A DNA stretch of 64,000 nt, taken from positions 56,255 through 120,254 of the forward strand of contig CAJUBY010000001.1 in the NCBI GenBank assembly GCA_910585055.1, written 5' to 3'. A program made the translations under genes and the position numbers. Each line of letters begins with the position of its first letter. Within the stretch, counting starts at the first letter, position 1. The stretch is from an uncultured Christensenella sp. (GTDB lineage Bacteria; Bacillota; Clostridia; Christensenellales; Pumilibacteraceae). Below, piece by piece: positions 1 to 9,735 of the stretch. A model generated the notes under the pieces. That model made no database searches and was not told the origin of the DNA. It saw only the letters and a program-made list of their open reading frames with translations.

Positions 1-13
1 TATAAAATTACCG

Positions 14-517
14 TCAATATCCGTGAATTTCACGTTCCGCAGTTCTGTTTATATCTCTTTCTTTTATCACTTGTTTCTTTTCGTAATTCTTTTTTCCCTT
101 TGCAAGCGCTATTTCGAGTTTAACAAAACGCCCCTTTAAATACATTTTAACGGGAACGATCGTAAAACCTTTTTCCGCAGCTTTGTCCGCCAACCTTACT
201 ATCTGATTCTTATGCAGTAACAAACGCCGCGATCTTCTGGGATCGGGAGCAAACGCGCCGACTTTCGTATACGGCGTTATCTGACAATTTTTCAATTCCA
301 AATTACCTTTTTCTATATGACAGAAACTGTCGCGCAAAGAAACGTCGCCTTTTTTGACCGATTTTACTTCGGAACCCTCCAAAGCGATCCCTACTTCGAT
401 AGTTTCCTCGAAAAAGTAATCGAACACCGCTTTTTTATTAACGGCGACTACCTTATCGGTATGTTTTTTTTCTGTTTTTGCTCTGATCTTTCTTTCCGAT
501 TTACTTTTCATGATCAC
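14..517 (-). CDS. smpB: SsrA-binding protein SmpB
   Basis: 167-aa ORF. The core (AVNKKAVFDYFFEETIEVGIALEGSEVKSVK, RRLLLHKNQI, GFTIVPVKMYLKGRFVKLEIALAKGKK) is recognisably SmpB. The GTG at 517 overlaps the mnmE stop (GTGA); an alternative ATG lies at 511. Confidence 0.9.
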   Translation of the reverse strand: MIMKSKSERKIRAKTEKKHTDKVVAVNKKAVFDYFFEETIEVGIALEGSEVKSVKKGDVSLRDSFCHIEKGNLELKNCQITPYTKVGAFAPDPRRSRRLLLHKNQIVRLADKAAEKGFTIVPVKMYLKGRFVKLEIALAKGKKNYEKKQVIKERDINRTAEREIHGY

Positions 518-1860
518 TTACCCACGCAAAACCGTTCGAAAACAGCTGATATTATTTTTTCATCCGCTTTTTCACCGTGCAACTCCGCAATAGCGCCGTA
601 TGCTTCATACAACAGTGCTGCGACTATTTCCAGGCTTTCCGCATTTTCAAATTCTTTTTCCGCCGAATATAGGCTATCCAAACATTTTTTTACGCATTCA
701 TACTGCCTATGGTTACTTATGCTTCCAACTTCTTTCGGACAAATTTCATACAGTTTTTGCTTTAGTGCGGTAATATTAATTTTTTTCTCTGCGCTTATTT
801 CCAAAATATTGCCGTTTTCCGCTTTCTTATACTCTTTTCCTATATCCGTTTCGTCGTCGCACTTGTTTTTAACGGTTATGATTTTTATTTTGCTGTTTTC
901 CAAAGTTTTCGGAATTTTATGATTTTTTTCTTTTTCCGTCAAATATAATATCGCATCGGCGTCCGCCGCTGCTTTTAACGACCGTTCGATCCCTATTTTT
1001 TCCACAGGATCATCAGTTTTATCATTCAAGCCCGCCGTATCCGTTATCACGAATTTTTTTCCTTCATATACATATGTTCCGTCCACCGTGTCCCGTGTCG
1101 TTCCGGCTATAGAAGTTACTATTGCTCTTTCACTTTGAGTCAGCGCATTGAGCAGCGTGGATTTTCCCACATTCGGCGCTCCCAATAAAGCAACTTTAAA
1201 TCCTTCGTTAATTATTTTTCCGCCGTTATATCCGCTAATTTCCGATTCCAGTGATTTTATAACATTCTTAATATCGTTCTTTACTTCTTCTTCGAGCTTT
1301 CCGTCTCTTTCGTTTCCTTCCAATTCATCACCGTAATGAAGTAGCGCTTCGATAGCGCTCAACGCATTCGATAAAAAATATTCCGCTTCCGACAGCGACT
1401 TAAAACCGCCGTCGAACCTTTTGTTTCCGTAATTGAGCTGTTCGATCGTCTGCGCATCTATTATATCGGCAAGAGCTTCACACTGCATAAGATCTATTTT
1501 TCCGTTTAAAAACGCTCTTTTCGTAAACTCTCCTCTTTCAGCCAAACTCGCTCCGTTCGACAACAATGTTCTTATTATTCCGTCGCAGATCGTTGTATTA
1601 CCGTGCGGATACAATTCTACTGTATCCTCGCCGCTGTACGATTTCGGCGCTTTAAATGCCGCCGTCATCAAATTCTCTTTAAAATTATCTCCTAAAAACG
1701 TATTTACTTTTATTCTTCCTATTTCCAGCTTTCTTTCCGTCAACTTCTCCACAAGTTCTATACACCCTTTTCCGCTCACTCTTATAACGGCGACCGCAGA
1801 TCTTCCGTACGGCGTCGCCAATGCTGTTATTATTCTGTTTTCGTTGTTCATATTGTTCAT
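514..1860 (-). CDS. mnmE: tRNA modification GTPase MnmE (TrmE)
   Basis: 448-aa ORF with P-loop GAPNVGKSTLLNAL, DTAG and NKCD GTPase motifs, and the family-typical C-terminal C-x-G-K tail (FCVGK). Confidence 0.92.
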   Translation of the reverse strand: MNNMNNENRIITALATPYGRSAVAVIRVSGKGCIELVEKLTERKLEIGRIKVNTFLGDNFKENLMTAAFKAPKSYSGEDTVELYPHGNTTICDGIIRTLLSNGASLAERGEFTKRAFLNGKIDLMQCEALADIIDAQTIEQLNYGNKRFDGGFKSLSEAEYFLSNALSAIEALLHYGDELEGNERDGKLEEEVKNDIKNVIKSLESEISGYNGGKIINEGFKVALLGAPNVGKSTLLNALTQSERAIVTSIAGTTRDTVDGTYVYEGKKFVITDTAGLNDKTDDPVEKIGIERSLKAAADADAILYLTEKEKNHKIPKTLENSKIKIITVKNKCDDETDIGKEYKKAENGNILEISAEKKINITALKQKLYEICPKEVGSISNHRQYECVKKCLDSLYSAEKEFENAESLEIVAALLYEAYGAIAELHGEKADEKIISAVFERFCVGK

Positions 1861-2127
1861 AAGTTTTGCACTTTTTTAATAACTTTGTTTATAACAAACT
1901 TTATACTTTTTATTTTGATTGTTTTTATCTTCGTGTTTTTCCGTAATTCCTACTTATACACAAATATTAAACAACCGATTTACAAAGTTTTGCACTTTTT
2001 TTAAAAAATTTTTTCATTTATAGTGAGGTCGTTAGATATTATAAACACTATATATTGTATAATTTTCCTTTATAAACATTTATACAGTGCTTACTATATA
2101 TAACTACTGATAAAATATAATATATAT

Positions 2128-2784
2128 TCAACAACTGAGTTTGCCATAAATGTAAAGTCTCCGGTTTATATCTGTTCCTGGCAAAGTATAATCAAGCGCT
2201 TTTATCTGTTCTGTCTTGTATTTTTTTAACTGATCGGCATTGGGTGGGATCTCTGTTTCGGTCTTGTACAGAATTATCTTACCGTTCGGCTTTGTGAGCG
2301 GAACACAATACTCGAGAGTTTTCAATATTCCGGAAACCGCTCTGGCGCAAACCGTGTCGTATCTTTTGCCGAGCTTTACCGCTTCTTCTGCGCGAGCATG
2401 AATACACGATAAATTACTGACACCAAGCTCTGAAACACATCTTTTTATAAGAGCAAGCTTTTTACCGATGCTTTCTATACCGGTAAAATCAAGACCGGTT
2501 ACGATAGATAACGGAATGCACGGAAAACCTCCGCCGCATCCGACGTCGCAACAATCGCCTTGGAAATATTTATAAGGAAAAATACTGTCCAGATAGTGCT
2601 TGATATAGATTTCGTCCGGATCTTTGAGTGAAGAAATATTGATTATCGAATTTACTTCGTAGTACAGTAAAGTAAGCGAATCGAATTTTTCCGGTAAGGA
2701 AATGTCGTCGAAATTATCTTTTAAAAACTCGGAAAAAATTTTTCTTCCGGCAGATGTATTAAGCTGTTGTGTATTTATTGTCAT
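2128..2784 (-). CDS. rsmG: 16S rRNA (guanine527-N7)-methyltransferase RsmG (GidB)
   Basis: 218-aa ORF with the SAM-binding motif DVGCGGGFPCIPL. It neighbours mnmE, but no mnmG lies between them. Confidence 0.85.
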   Translation of the reverse strand: MTINTQQLNTSAGRKIFSEFLKDNFDDISLPEKFDSLTLLYYEVNSIINISSLKDPDEIYIKHYLDSIFPYKYFQGDCCDVGCGGGFPCIPLSIVTGLDFTGIESIGKKLALIKRCVSELGVSNLSCIHARAEEAVKLGKRYDTVCARAVSGILKTLEYCVPLTKPNGKIILYKTETEIPPNADQLKKYKTEQIKALDYTLPGTDINRRLYIYGKLSC

Positions 2785-2794
2785 AGATTGATCA

Positions 2795-3436
2795 TTACAG
2801 TATCGATAATACTTTGGAAGTTATCATTTCGGTGTTTCTTGTTCCGTAATAACGCGAATCACGGGACGAATTTCTGTTATCGCCGAGAAAATAAATGTGA
2901 TCGTCGGGAATGAAAATAATATATTTTTCTATTTCCGACATATCGGCTTGGTTGTCGGTCAAAAGATCGGTAAGTTCCGGTGTGTATGAAAGAATTGGAG
3001 TTCCCCAATAAACAGAAATACGGGTACGCATTTTTTCTTTTATATAAGTTTCGTTTAATAAATAAAATCGATTTTGACCTTTTTTGCAAATATAAATATC
3101 GATAAATTCGTATTTTTTGTCTGCCATGAAGATTAATTTATCGCCGCCGACAGCAATTATCCGTTTTATTACTATATGTTCTTTACCGTCGGAGGAAGTA
3201 TTCACAGTTACGATATCACCGCGGTCTACGTTAAAACATTTACGCTGAACGAAACAATAATGATGGTCGAAAATAGTGTTTTCCATGCTGTCGCCGTCTA
3301 CCGGGATAAAAGCGCAAAAATAAAAAAACACGATAAAGCCGACGAGAATAAACACTGTAAAATACATCGTAAAGCTTAAAGCGGTTTTTTTTTGTTCGTT
3401 TAACAGCAGATCGCCGGTATTTATTTCGTTTTGCAT
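2795..3436 (-). CDS. lepB: signal peptidase I (S26)
   Basis: 213-aa ORF with an N-terminal TM helix, the catalytic Ser box GDSMENT, and the GDNRNSSRDSRYYG box. Confidence 0.88.
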   Translation of the reverse strand: MQNEINTGDLLLNEQKKTALSFTMYFTVFILVGFIVFFYFCAFIPVDGDSMENTIFDHHYCFVQRKCFNVDRGDIVTVNTSSDGKEHIVIKRIIAVGGDKLIFMADKKYEFIDIYICKKGQNRFYLLNETYIKEKMRTRISVYWGTPILSYTPELTDLLTDNQADMSEIEKYIIFIPDDHIYFLGDNRNSSRDSRYYGTRNTEMITSKVLSIL

Positions 3437-3437
3437 T

Positions 3438-5015
3438 TTAAACCCACAACACGGAACCGACGGTAAAATCGTAGTCCGAAGAAAATTCCAGCATAAGTAT
3501 CTGCGACCAATCGGGCAATGTTCCGGAAGTACCTTTGAAGTTCATGTGTGACAGTGAAAACTTATGCCAATCGTCGGAATTTTTTATTTCGACCGTGCAA
3601 TTATAAAAATTATCCCTGTCTCGAACAGTTACGGATAAATTTTGCGGTTTACCGCACACCATAATTTGAAGCAAAGTGTCGGCGGAAACTTTAAACAGCG
3701 GATCGCCCGGTTTGAACGTTATAAGTGAATTGTCGTTACTTGTAACGCCTTCTATCTCGTAAGGACCGTTGACAAGCATTATTTTACCGCCAAATCGGGA
3801 TGTCCAGCCGTCCGTTCCCATGCTGCCGTCGTAAATTTTACGGTGGTTTACGCCCTGTTTGGATTGAATTCCCATCGATTTGGGAATAACGCTCAATAAC
3901 GTAGAAGACTGTTTTACACCGCCGGGATAAGAAAGAGTAGCAAACGCATTTATAGGTTTGTTTGCCTGACAGACGTTTATATGCGCCATATATTTGTCTT
4001 TTCCGAGGCTTATGGTTTGAATATTCATCCAATTTCTGAACGGAGCTTCTTCTATGCAAAAAGATACGTAAAGATTCAATTGCGGAAGCATTTCGTCCGA
4101 AACATTGATTATATCGGGAATATCGATATTAAAATATAAATTTCCTTCCGAATTTGACGCCGAAATGTGAGGGCGCGGAAGATCTTGCGAATTACAGCGA
4201 GAAGAAAAAAATTTATCCAGATCGCCGTATACGGAAACTATACCGTCGGCAAACGACCGTTCAACGATCCTAAATGTCTTTAACGATTGGGTGTTTTCCG
4301 CCAATTCCGACATAGAGTCCAAAGACCCGTCCGTGTCGTTGGAAGATACCGCCATAAACAGATCGATTTTAGTTATAGGAGCATAAGCAATATTATCAAG
4401 CGACGCGTGATAGTTTATAAGTGTATTGCCGGAACCGTTTACTTTGGGCAATATATTCAATAATGTAGCACAGCCGCAAAGACCGTCATCGAAAGTGGCT
4501 AGTTTAAAGACCGTACTTCCTCCGAGCCCCACGCCTAAAGCGAAGAGTTTTTTGTCTGGGTAATATTCCGAAAGCAATTTTACGGATCGTCGTGCAATAC
4601 AAGTCCAAATATACCAGTGAGGTAACTGACCGTTTTCCGAAATTTCGAATTCGGATATTCCCCGTCTATTACATTCCGACAGTGAATTAGGGTACATTGT
4701 ATACCGAGTCAATTCATCGGATCTTCCCATATAATCCAGAATCGCAACGGTATAACCGAGATCGTAAAAGCTTTTTGCCAGAGATTCGTTGACGCCGATA
4801 TGATCGGATAAATAAAGAATAACGCCTTTTGATTCGTTGTTTACAAGTATTTTCAAAAATGTACGCGTTCTGCCGTCAACGGTAGTATAGCCGTCGAAAT
4901 ACAGTTCTTTGACGGTAATATCGTTTTCTGTTTTTGGGGAAAGCTCAGACACATTTAAAGGCAATGCCGATACGTCATAATCTTTCCATAAGTTTATCGG
5001 ACTTGTGATATCCAC
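3438..5015 (-). CDS. hypothetical protein, alpha/beta-hydrolase-like N-terminal half
   Basis: 525-aa ORF with a GTG start 6 nt after GGAG. The N-terminal ~270 aa resemble an esterase/dienelactone-hydrolase-type fold by eye. The expected nucleophile elbow reads G-V-G-L-G (no Ser/Cys). The C-terminal half is unassigned. Confidence 0.55.
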   Translation of the reverse strand: MDITSPINLWKDYDVSALPLNVSELSPKTENDITVKELYFDGYTTVDGRTRTFLKILVNNESKGVILYLSDHIGVNESLAKSFYDLGYTVAILDYMGRSDELTRYTMYPNSLSECNRRGISEFEISENGQLPHWYIWTCIARRSVKLLSEYYPDKKLFALGVGLGGSTVFKLATFDDGLCGCATLLNILPKVNGSGNTLINYHASLDNIAYAPITKIDLFMAVSSNDTDGSLDSMSELAENTQSLKTFRIVERSFADGIVSVYGDLDKFFSSRCNSQDLPRPHISASNSEGNLYFNIDIPDIINVSDEMLPQLNLYVSFCIEEAPFRNWMNIQTISLGKDKYMAHINVCQANKPINAFATLSYPGGVKQSSTLLSVIPKSMGIQSKQGVNHRKIYDGSMGTDGWTSRFGGKIMLVNGPYEIEGVTSNDNSLITFKPGDPLFKVSADTLLQIMVCGKPQNLSVTVRDRDNFYNCTVEIKNSDDWHKFSLSHMNFKGTSGTLPDWSQILMLEFSSDYDFTVGSVLWV

Positions 5016-5200
5016 ACGAAATCTCCGAGTAAAAATTCTTGAATATTATATATCAAATAATTTAATTTGTCAAGTGTTAGCGTGTTACAGTAAATACCAT
5101 AATAACGCTTATTGTATTATAAAAACTTAAAATAAGATATGTTTATTGTCCATTCGACGTTATTGTGTTTAATAGCTATCAAAAAGACAAATTTTTAAGT

Positions 5201-5239
5201 AGTAAATCGAATTTTACGATCATAAAAATTCGATTTACT
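5201..5239. promoter_or_regulatory. 15-bp perfect inverted repeat (AGTAAATCGAATTTT N9 AAAATTCGATTTACT) abutting the parB -35 box
   Basis: The arms at 5201-5215 and 5225-5239 are exact reverse complements. The right arm overlaps the first base of TTGACT. Confidence 0.6.
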
Positions 5240-5267
5240 TGACTTTTCCGTATCCGCAGTTTATAAT
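5239..5267 (+). promoter_or_regulatory. putative sigma-A promoter of parB
   Basis: TTGACT (5239-5244), 17-nt spacer, TATAAT (5262-5267), 25 nt upstream of the GGAGA RBS and the ATG at 5293. Confidence 0.55.
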
Positions 5268-5292
5268 AGAAAAAAACAAACGGAGAAACGGT

Positions 5293-6180
5293 ATGTCACC
5301 TATCAGAAAAGGCGGTTTGGGAAGAGGACTGGGCGCTCTACTAAGCGATATAGAAGAAGAATCGGTAATCGGAACGACAGAAACGTCGGAAATGTTACTA
5401 TCCGATATCGAACCTAATATTGATCAACCGCGTAAACAATTCGACGACGATGCGCTTGCGGCACTTGTGGAAAGCATAAAGACTCACGGCGTAATAACGC
5501 CTTTGATCGTTACGCCTAAAAAAGACGGTAAATATATGATAATTGCCGGCGAGCGTCGATACAGAGCGGCAACGGCAGCCGGGCTGGTTTCCGTTCCCGT
5601 ATGTGTACGCGAATGCACGCAGGTTCAGATAGATGAGTTGTCGCTTATAGAGAATATACAGCGCGAAGACCTAAATCCCATGGAAGTTGCTCGCGCGATA
5701 AAAAAACTTATGAACGATTATGGCTATACGCAGGAAGAGGCCGCAGAACGTATAGGTAAAGCCAGACCTACCGTCGCCAACCTGCTGAGGCTTATGGAAC
5801 TTGCGGAATCGGTACAGAGTATGGTAGAAAGCGGACATTTATCTGCAGGACACGCGCGCTGTCTCGTTGTAGTCCCCGATCCCAATTTGCAATGGGAGTT
5901 GGCTCAAAAAGCGCGCGACGATAAGATGAGCGTCCGCGATTTCGAAAAGCTTGTAAAAAACGCAATCAACCCCAAAAAGAAAACCGAACCGGTAAAGCAA
6001 AGCCTTGAGTTGCGCGATATGATAGTTCGAATGCAGCGTACATTCGGCACGAAAGTGTCTTTGTTGGGTAATGAAAAGAAAGGACGTATTTTTATAGACT
6101 ACTATACCCCCGACGATTTGGCACGACTGGAAAATATGTTGGCATATCTGGAAGAGCACTATACAATAACAGGTAAATAA
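5293..6180 (+). CDS. parB: chromosome partitioning protein ParB/Spo0J
   Basis: The N-terminus GGLGRGLGALL, the ParB box GERRYRAA and an HTH region are typical of ParB. The ATG at 5293 follows GGAGA. The track's TTG at 5239 is the promoter -35 box. Confidence 0.9.
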   Translation: MSPIRKGGLGRGLGALLSDIEEESVIGTTETSEMLLSDIEPNIDQPRKQFDDDALAALVESIKTHGVITPLIVTPKKDGKYMIIAGERRYRAATAAGLVSVPVCVRECTQVQIDELSLIENIQREDLNPMEVARAIKKLMNDYGYTQEEAAERIGKARPTVANLLRLMELAESVQSMVESGHLSAGHARCLVVVPDPNLQWELAQKARDDKMSVRDFEKLVKNAINPKKKTEPVKQSLELRDMIVRMQRTFGTKVSLLGNEKKGRIFIDYYTPDDLARLENMLAYLEEHYTITGK

Positions 6181-6196
6181 TGTTTCACGTGAAACA
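6181..6196. other. parS centromere-like site
   Basis: TGTTTCACGTGAAACA is a perfect 16-bp palindrome matching the Firmicute parS consensus TGTTNCACGTGAAACA. It starts immediately after the parB stop codon. Confidence 0.85.
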
Positions 6197-6217
6197 TTAC
6201 GAATACTAGCTTAAAAA

Positions 6218-6233
6218 TGTTTCACGTGAAACA
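6218..6233. other. parS centromere-like site (second copy)
   Basis: Identical TGTTTCACGTGAAACA, 21 nt after the first copy. Confidence 0.85.
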
Positions 6234-6266
6234 AAAGCCCTTACCGAATAGCGGTAGGGGCTTTTT
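6233..6266. terminator. bidirectional rho-independent terminator between parB and the convergent ferritin-like gene
   Basis: AAAAGCCCTTACCG-aatag-CGGTAGGGGCTTTTT forms a 10-bp stem with one G-U pair, flanked by an A-run and a T-run. Confidence 0.8.
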
Positions 6267-6299
6267 GATTGCTAGATAAAGCGTAGTTTAGTAAAATGA

Positions 6300-7559
6300 T
6301 CACTGCGGTTTTTTGCGTCCGACATCTATGTTGTCTTCTTTCCTGTTGCGCAGTGCCTTGACGGGGTGCTCGGCAACGGTAAAACGGTAATCTTCGCCGA
6401 ATTCGTTTATATAGCTGTCGATCACCTTATGACTGGCTACGGACGACGGAGATTTATTTACCACCGCATTATACTTAAAGTATTCGTAATCGTCCGGGAT
6501 ATTTACTATATCGGTGTATTCTTCGAGTACGGACGTATTATTGACGGTGTTTTTAAGAATGTTGCGGATATAATGCTTATTCTTTTCGCAGTTATCGTTA
6601 AATGTCAGTAGTGTAGGGAATTCGGCATTGGGTATAACTTGCGCCCATTCCTTGCCTTCGTACTTTTTAAGAAGTTCGGCAGCGTAATGCAAGTGCGCAA
6701 GTTCCTGTTCGAAATGCGAAGTCCAGATTTTTTTGGCAGCTTCGCTTGTTTCTTCGTTCATGGCCGAATAATAAAGATAGCATTCACAGTATTCATGCAT
6801 CAAAAGGCATTCCAGCCACGTAGTAGTGGGGTCCATCAAAGACTCGTATTGAGATACGTGCTGTTCTTCGACCATTCCGATTTCCAAAAACAGCTTTCTA
6901 CCCATGTCTGATGTGGGGTAGAACGTACCGAGATTCATATAGAAGTTCATTGTTTGTTGTTCGGCGGCTGTTATAATCATCGTATGGAGTTTTGTCGCTA
7001 CGGTCGCGTCCGGGGTTATGGGGCGGCGTATATCGTCGAACGGATGACGGTGTTCCGAGATCGTAGGTCTGCCGGGCATTATTTCCGTATAGCTGCCGAC
7101 AAGTTTTTCGCCTGTAATGCCCTGTTCCATTTCAAGTAGATCGCTGAAACGGTAAAGATGGTCGAAATCTTCCAGCAATGCAAAGTCGAGAGCAGCCTTT
7201 ACATATTTGTTTTTTTCGGTTTGAGCTAAAACCGCGGTCAAGTCGACTGCAAGCTGTTCGTACGAAATAGTTGTTTCCAGCATTGTTTCGTCTTTGGGTT
7301 TAAAATAGGAAATCCTTTTTTGTTGTTGCTGTTCCAGCTTACGCAAAAACGATACGTCACGTCGCAAATTATTGTCTGTTACATGACGTGACAGCTGATG
7401 CATAAACCAGGCTTCTTCGAATTCGGCGCCGTTAAGCAATATGGTGCGTACTTTCGTATAAGCGTCCGTTTCGTTTTTGTTGTAGGCAGTCGGATATAGC
7501 TTTTTCCAATCACCTACGCATTTTTCGATTTTACAAGATTTTTCGTTAAATGGATTCAT
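6300..7559 (-). CDS. ferritin-like (di-iron ExxH motif) domain protein
   Basis: The start ATG at 7559 lies 7 nt after GGAGG (the track ORF extends to 7589). Two E-x-x-H motifs (MVEEQHVSQYE, EQELAHLHY) sit in predicted helical context. Family not identified further. Confidence 0.5.
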   Translation of the reverse strand: MNPFNEKSCKIEKCVGDWKKLYPTAYNKNETDAYTKVRTILLNGAEFEEAWFMHQLSRHVTDNNLRRDVSFLRKLEQQQQKRISYFKPKDETMLETTISYEQLAVDLTAVLAQTEKNKYVKAALDFALLEDFDHLYRFSDLLEMEQGITGEKLVGSYTEIMPGRPTISEHRHPFDDIRRPITPDATVATKLHTMIITAAEQQTMNFYMNLGTFYPTSDMGRKLFLEIGMVEEQHVSQYESLMDPTTTWLECLLMHEYCECYLYYSAMNEETSEAAKKIWTSHFEQELAHLHYAAELLKKYEGKEWAQVIPNAEFPTLLTFNDNCEKNKHYIRNILKNTVNNTSVLEEYTDIVNIPDDYEYFKYNAVVNKSPSSVASHKVIDSYINEFGEDYRFTVAEHPVKALRNRKEDNIDVGRKKPQ

Positions 7560-7686
7560 TGTTGACCTCCGTGCCGAAATTATAGTCATCTTGATATTTT
7601 TTTAAACAAAACAGATCAAGTAAAGTAATTATAAAAACCTGTTAAAAACAGTGGAATTATTTTTTGAGTCGTGGTACAATTGAACC

Positions 7687-9135
7687 GTGAGAACTTTATA
7701 TAAGAAAAAAGCGATAAAATTATACGAAACTCGTTTGAGAACGGGTTATGTTGTTATGACCGTAATATTCTATATTTTAGCGGCAGCTATATGGTATTTA
7801 CTGGCGGTTATTTTGCCGTATACGGTCACGGTAAATGTCAGCGCGGCGGATAATGCAAAGATCACCCGTGAGGCTTTTTCCGCGACTGCGGATGTTATTT
7901 CCGCTCCGGACAGTCAAAAAGAACACGCACTTTTAATGCCGACAAGCGAAAGCTCGTTTTGCAGAAGGCTCAAACTTATCGAAGACGCGCAGTCTACCGT
8001 CGATCATATGGTGTTCGATACATACGAAGGAAAATTTTCGGAGTATTATTATACGGCGCTTATGCGTGCCGCAGACCGCGGCGTTAAAGTTCGGATAGTC
8101 TTGGACGGAAAAATGGGTAAACTGGGCGGATCGTTGAAAGAGATCGGCAGAATGTTACAAAACTATAACAATATACAATTATATTATTTTAACGAGTTAA
8201 ATATATTGGATCCGGGCGCGATAATGACATTGATGCATGATAAGCTGCTCATCGTCGACGGCGACAAAATGATAGTCGGCGGTGTTAACATGGGGACCGG
8301 CGCTTACATGGATAATTACGATATGGAAGTTATGGTAACAAACAGCGGCGAACACGGCAGTGTCGGTCAGGCATCGGATTATTACGGAAAAATGCTTAAA
8401 AGCGAGCTTACAAGGCGGATTATATCTAAGAAACGCGATCTTTCCGGTCGGAATAAATACGAAATGAATTACTTGTCCTATTATTACGAATGTGAATTTG
8501 CCAATACCGAGATCGATTACTCGAATTTGGGGATACCTGCTGATAAGATTACATTTGTTACCAATAAGATCAGCGGAAGAAAAAAGGCGCCGATAATTTT
8601 ACAGGCAGTGTTCAATTTAATGGAAAGTTCCAAAAGATCGATAGCCGTAACGCCGTACGCTTTGCTGCAGAATGATAAAAAACGGGAGATAAGGCGGCTT
8701 GCGGCAAAAAACGACGAGTTTTTGCTCATAACCAATTCTCTGTATAATACGCGGAACGTTGGATATGCGGATTACTATTATACGCGCAAAGATTATATCG
8801 ATGAAAATATAAAATTGCTCGAATTTCAGGAAAAAAATCAACTCCATGCAAAAATATTCTCTTTTGACGGCAGATACAGCATTATCGGCTCGTTTAACAT
8901 GGATGAGCGCAGCGCGCATATAGATACCGAAAGTGTCGTTATAATCGATTCTGTGCGGTTTAACGCTGTTCTTAACGAATATATAAACGAAGTATTTACG
9001 GAAAAAAGCTTGCAGGTCGGAAAAAATAACGAATATATACCCGGTGGAACCGTTTCGTCGCACAGCGTTCCGACGAAAAAACGTCTGATTTACGGGCTGT
9101 ACCGTATGCTCGGCGTTGTACGCTGCCTATTGTGA
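7687..9135 (+). CDS. phospholipase D / cardiolipin-synthase family protein (two HKD motifs)
   Basis: HDKLLIVDGDKMIVGGVN and HAKIFSFDGRYSIIGSFNMDERS are two HxK(x)4D motifs. There is an N-terminal TM helix. The start codon is uncertain (GTG 7687 or ATG 7756). Confidence 0.75.
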   Translation: MRTLYKKKAIKLYETRLRTGYVVMTVIFYILAAAIWYLLAVILPYTVTVNVSAADNAKITREAFSATADVISAPDSQKEHALLMPTSESSFCRRLKLIEDAQSTVDHMVFDTYEGKFSEYYYTALMRAADRGVKVRIVLDGKMGKLGGSLKEIGRMLQNYNNIQLYYFNELNILDPGAIMTLMHDKLLIVDGDKMIVGGVNMGTGAYMDNYDMEVMVTNSGEHGSVGQASDYYGKMLKSELTRRIISKKRDLSGRNKYEMNYLSYYYECEFANTEIDYSNLGIPADKITFVTNKISGRKKAPIILQAVFNLMESSKRSIAVTPYALLQNDKKREIRRLAAKNDEFLLITNSLYNTRNVGYADYYYTRKDYIDENIKLLEFQEKNQLHAKIFSFDGRYSIIGSFNMDERSAHIDTESVVIIDSVRFNAVLNEYINEVFTEKSLQVGKNNEYIPGGTVSSHSVPTKKRLIYGLYRMLGVVRCLL

Positions 9136-9449
9136 TCATAGTTGTAAATAAATATTTTATATTTGCTTGTGCGAAGTCAGTCATAATATCTGAAAACTAT
9201 TAATCAACGATCGATTAATAATATTTATCGAACCCGACAATCTTGCCGGATATGTTTATTACTTATAATAAAATAATAAACATACGATATTTTCGAATAA
9301 GCAAACAAAATATATGAAAGTTATATGCGCGGCGGTACCGACGGCTGACGGTATTCGGTAAAGCGACAGCCGTCGAAGTACTCGACAGCCGTTCGTCGAT
9401 TTGCGGTATACATTTTGAGTTTAAGCCGACAAAATCGATCGTAAAACGG

Positions 9450-9530
9450 CGGTTTTATTCGGAATTTAACACGAAAAAGAAAAATTCTCCTATACCCTTA
9501 CGTTAAGCTAAACCGACGGTTTAGTAAATC
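9450..9530 (+). repeat. 81-nt intergenic repeat, copy 1, with palindromic core CTAAACCGACGGTTTAG
   Basis: 66 of 81 positions are identical to 9736-9816 in ungapped alignment. The last 31 nt, including the 8+1+8 palindrome (9508-9524), are identical. Confidence 0.7.
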
Positions 9531-9735
9531 GTGATTTTATAAAAAATTTGTAACCGGATAAAATTTTTTTGCGGAATATTTTCTGCGATAATATCGGAAA
9601 AATCAAGTTTATTGAGGATGGGGCGGAGCGACTGCCAAATCGACTGAAATATCCGATAAGCATTGCAACCCAAAATATATGTATATTTTAATGACCGTAA
9701 ATGTTGCCGATCGATACGTCAGACCGAAGCGAGCG

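Noticed and set aside
317-1879. Plus-strand ORFs 317-922 and 1433-1879 opposite smpB and mnmE.
   Set aside because: They lie antisense to two well-supported genes, and the translations are F/S/L-rich with no recognisable motifs.
5239-5292. TTG at 5239 as the parB start (track ORF 5239-6180).
   Set aside because: The TTG is the first triplet of a TTGACT-17-TATAAT promoter. The ParB homology begins at the ATG at 5293, which has its own RBS.
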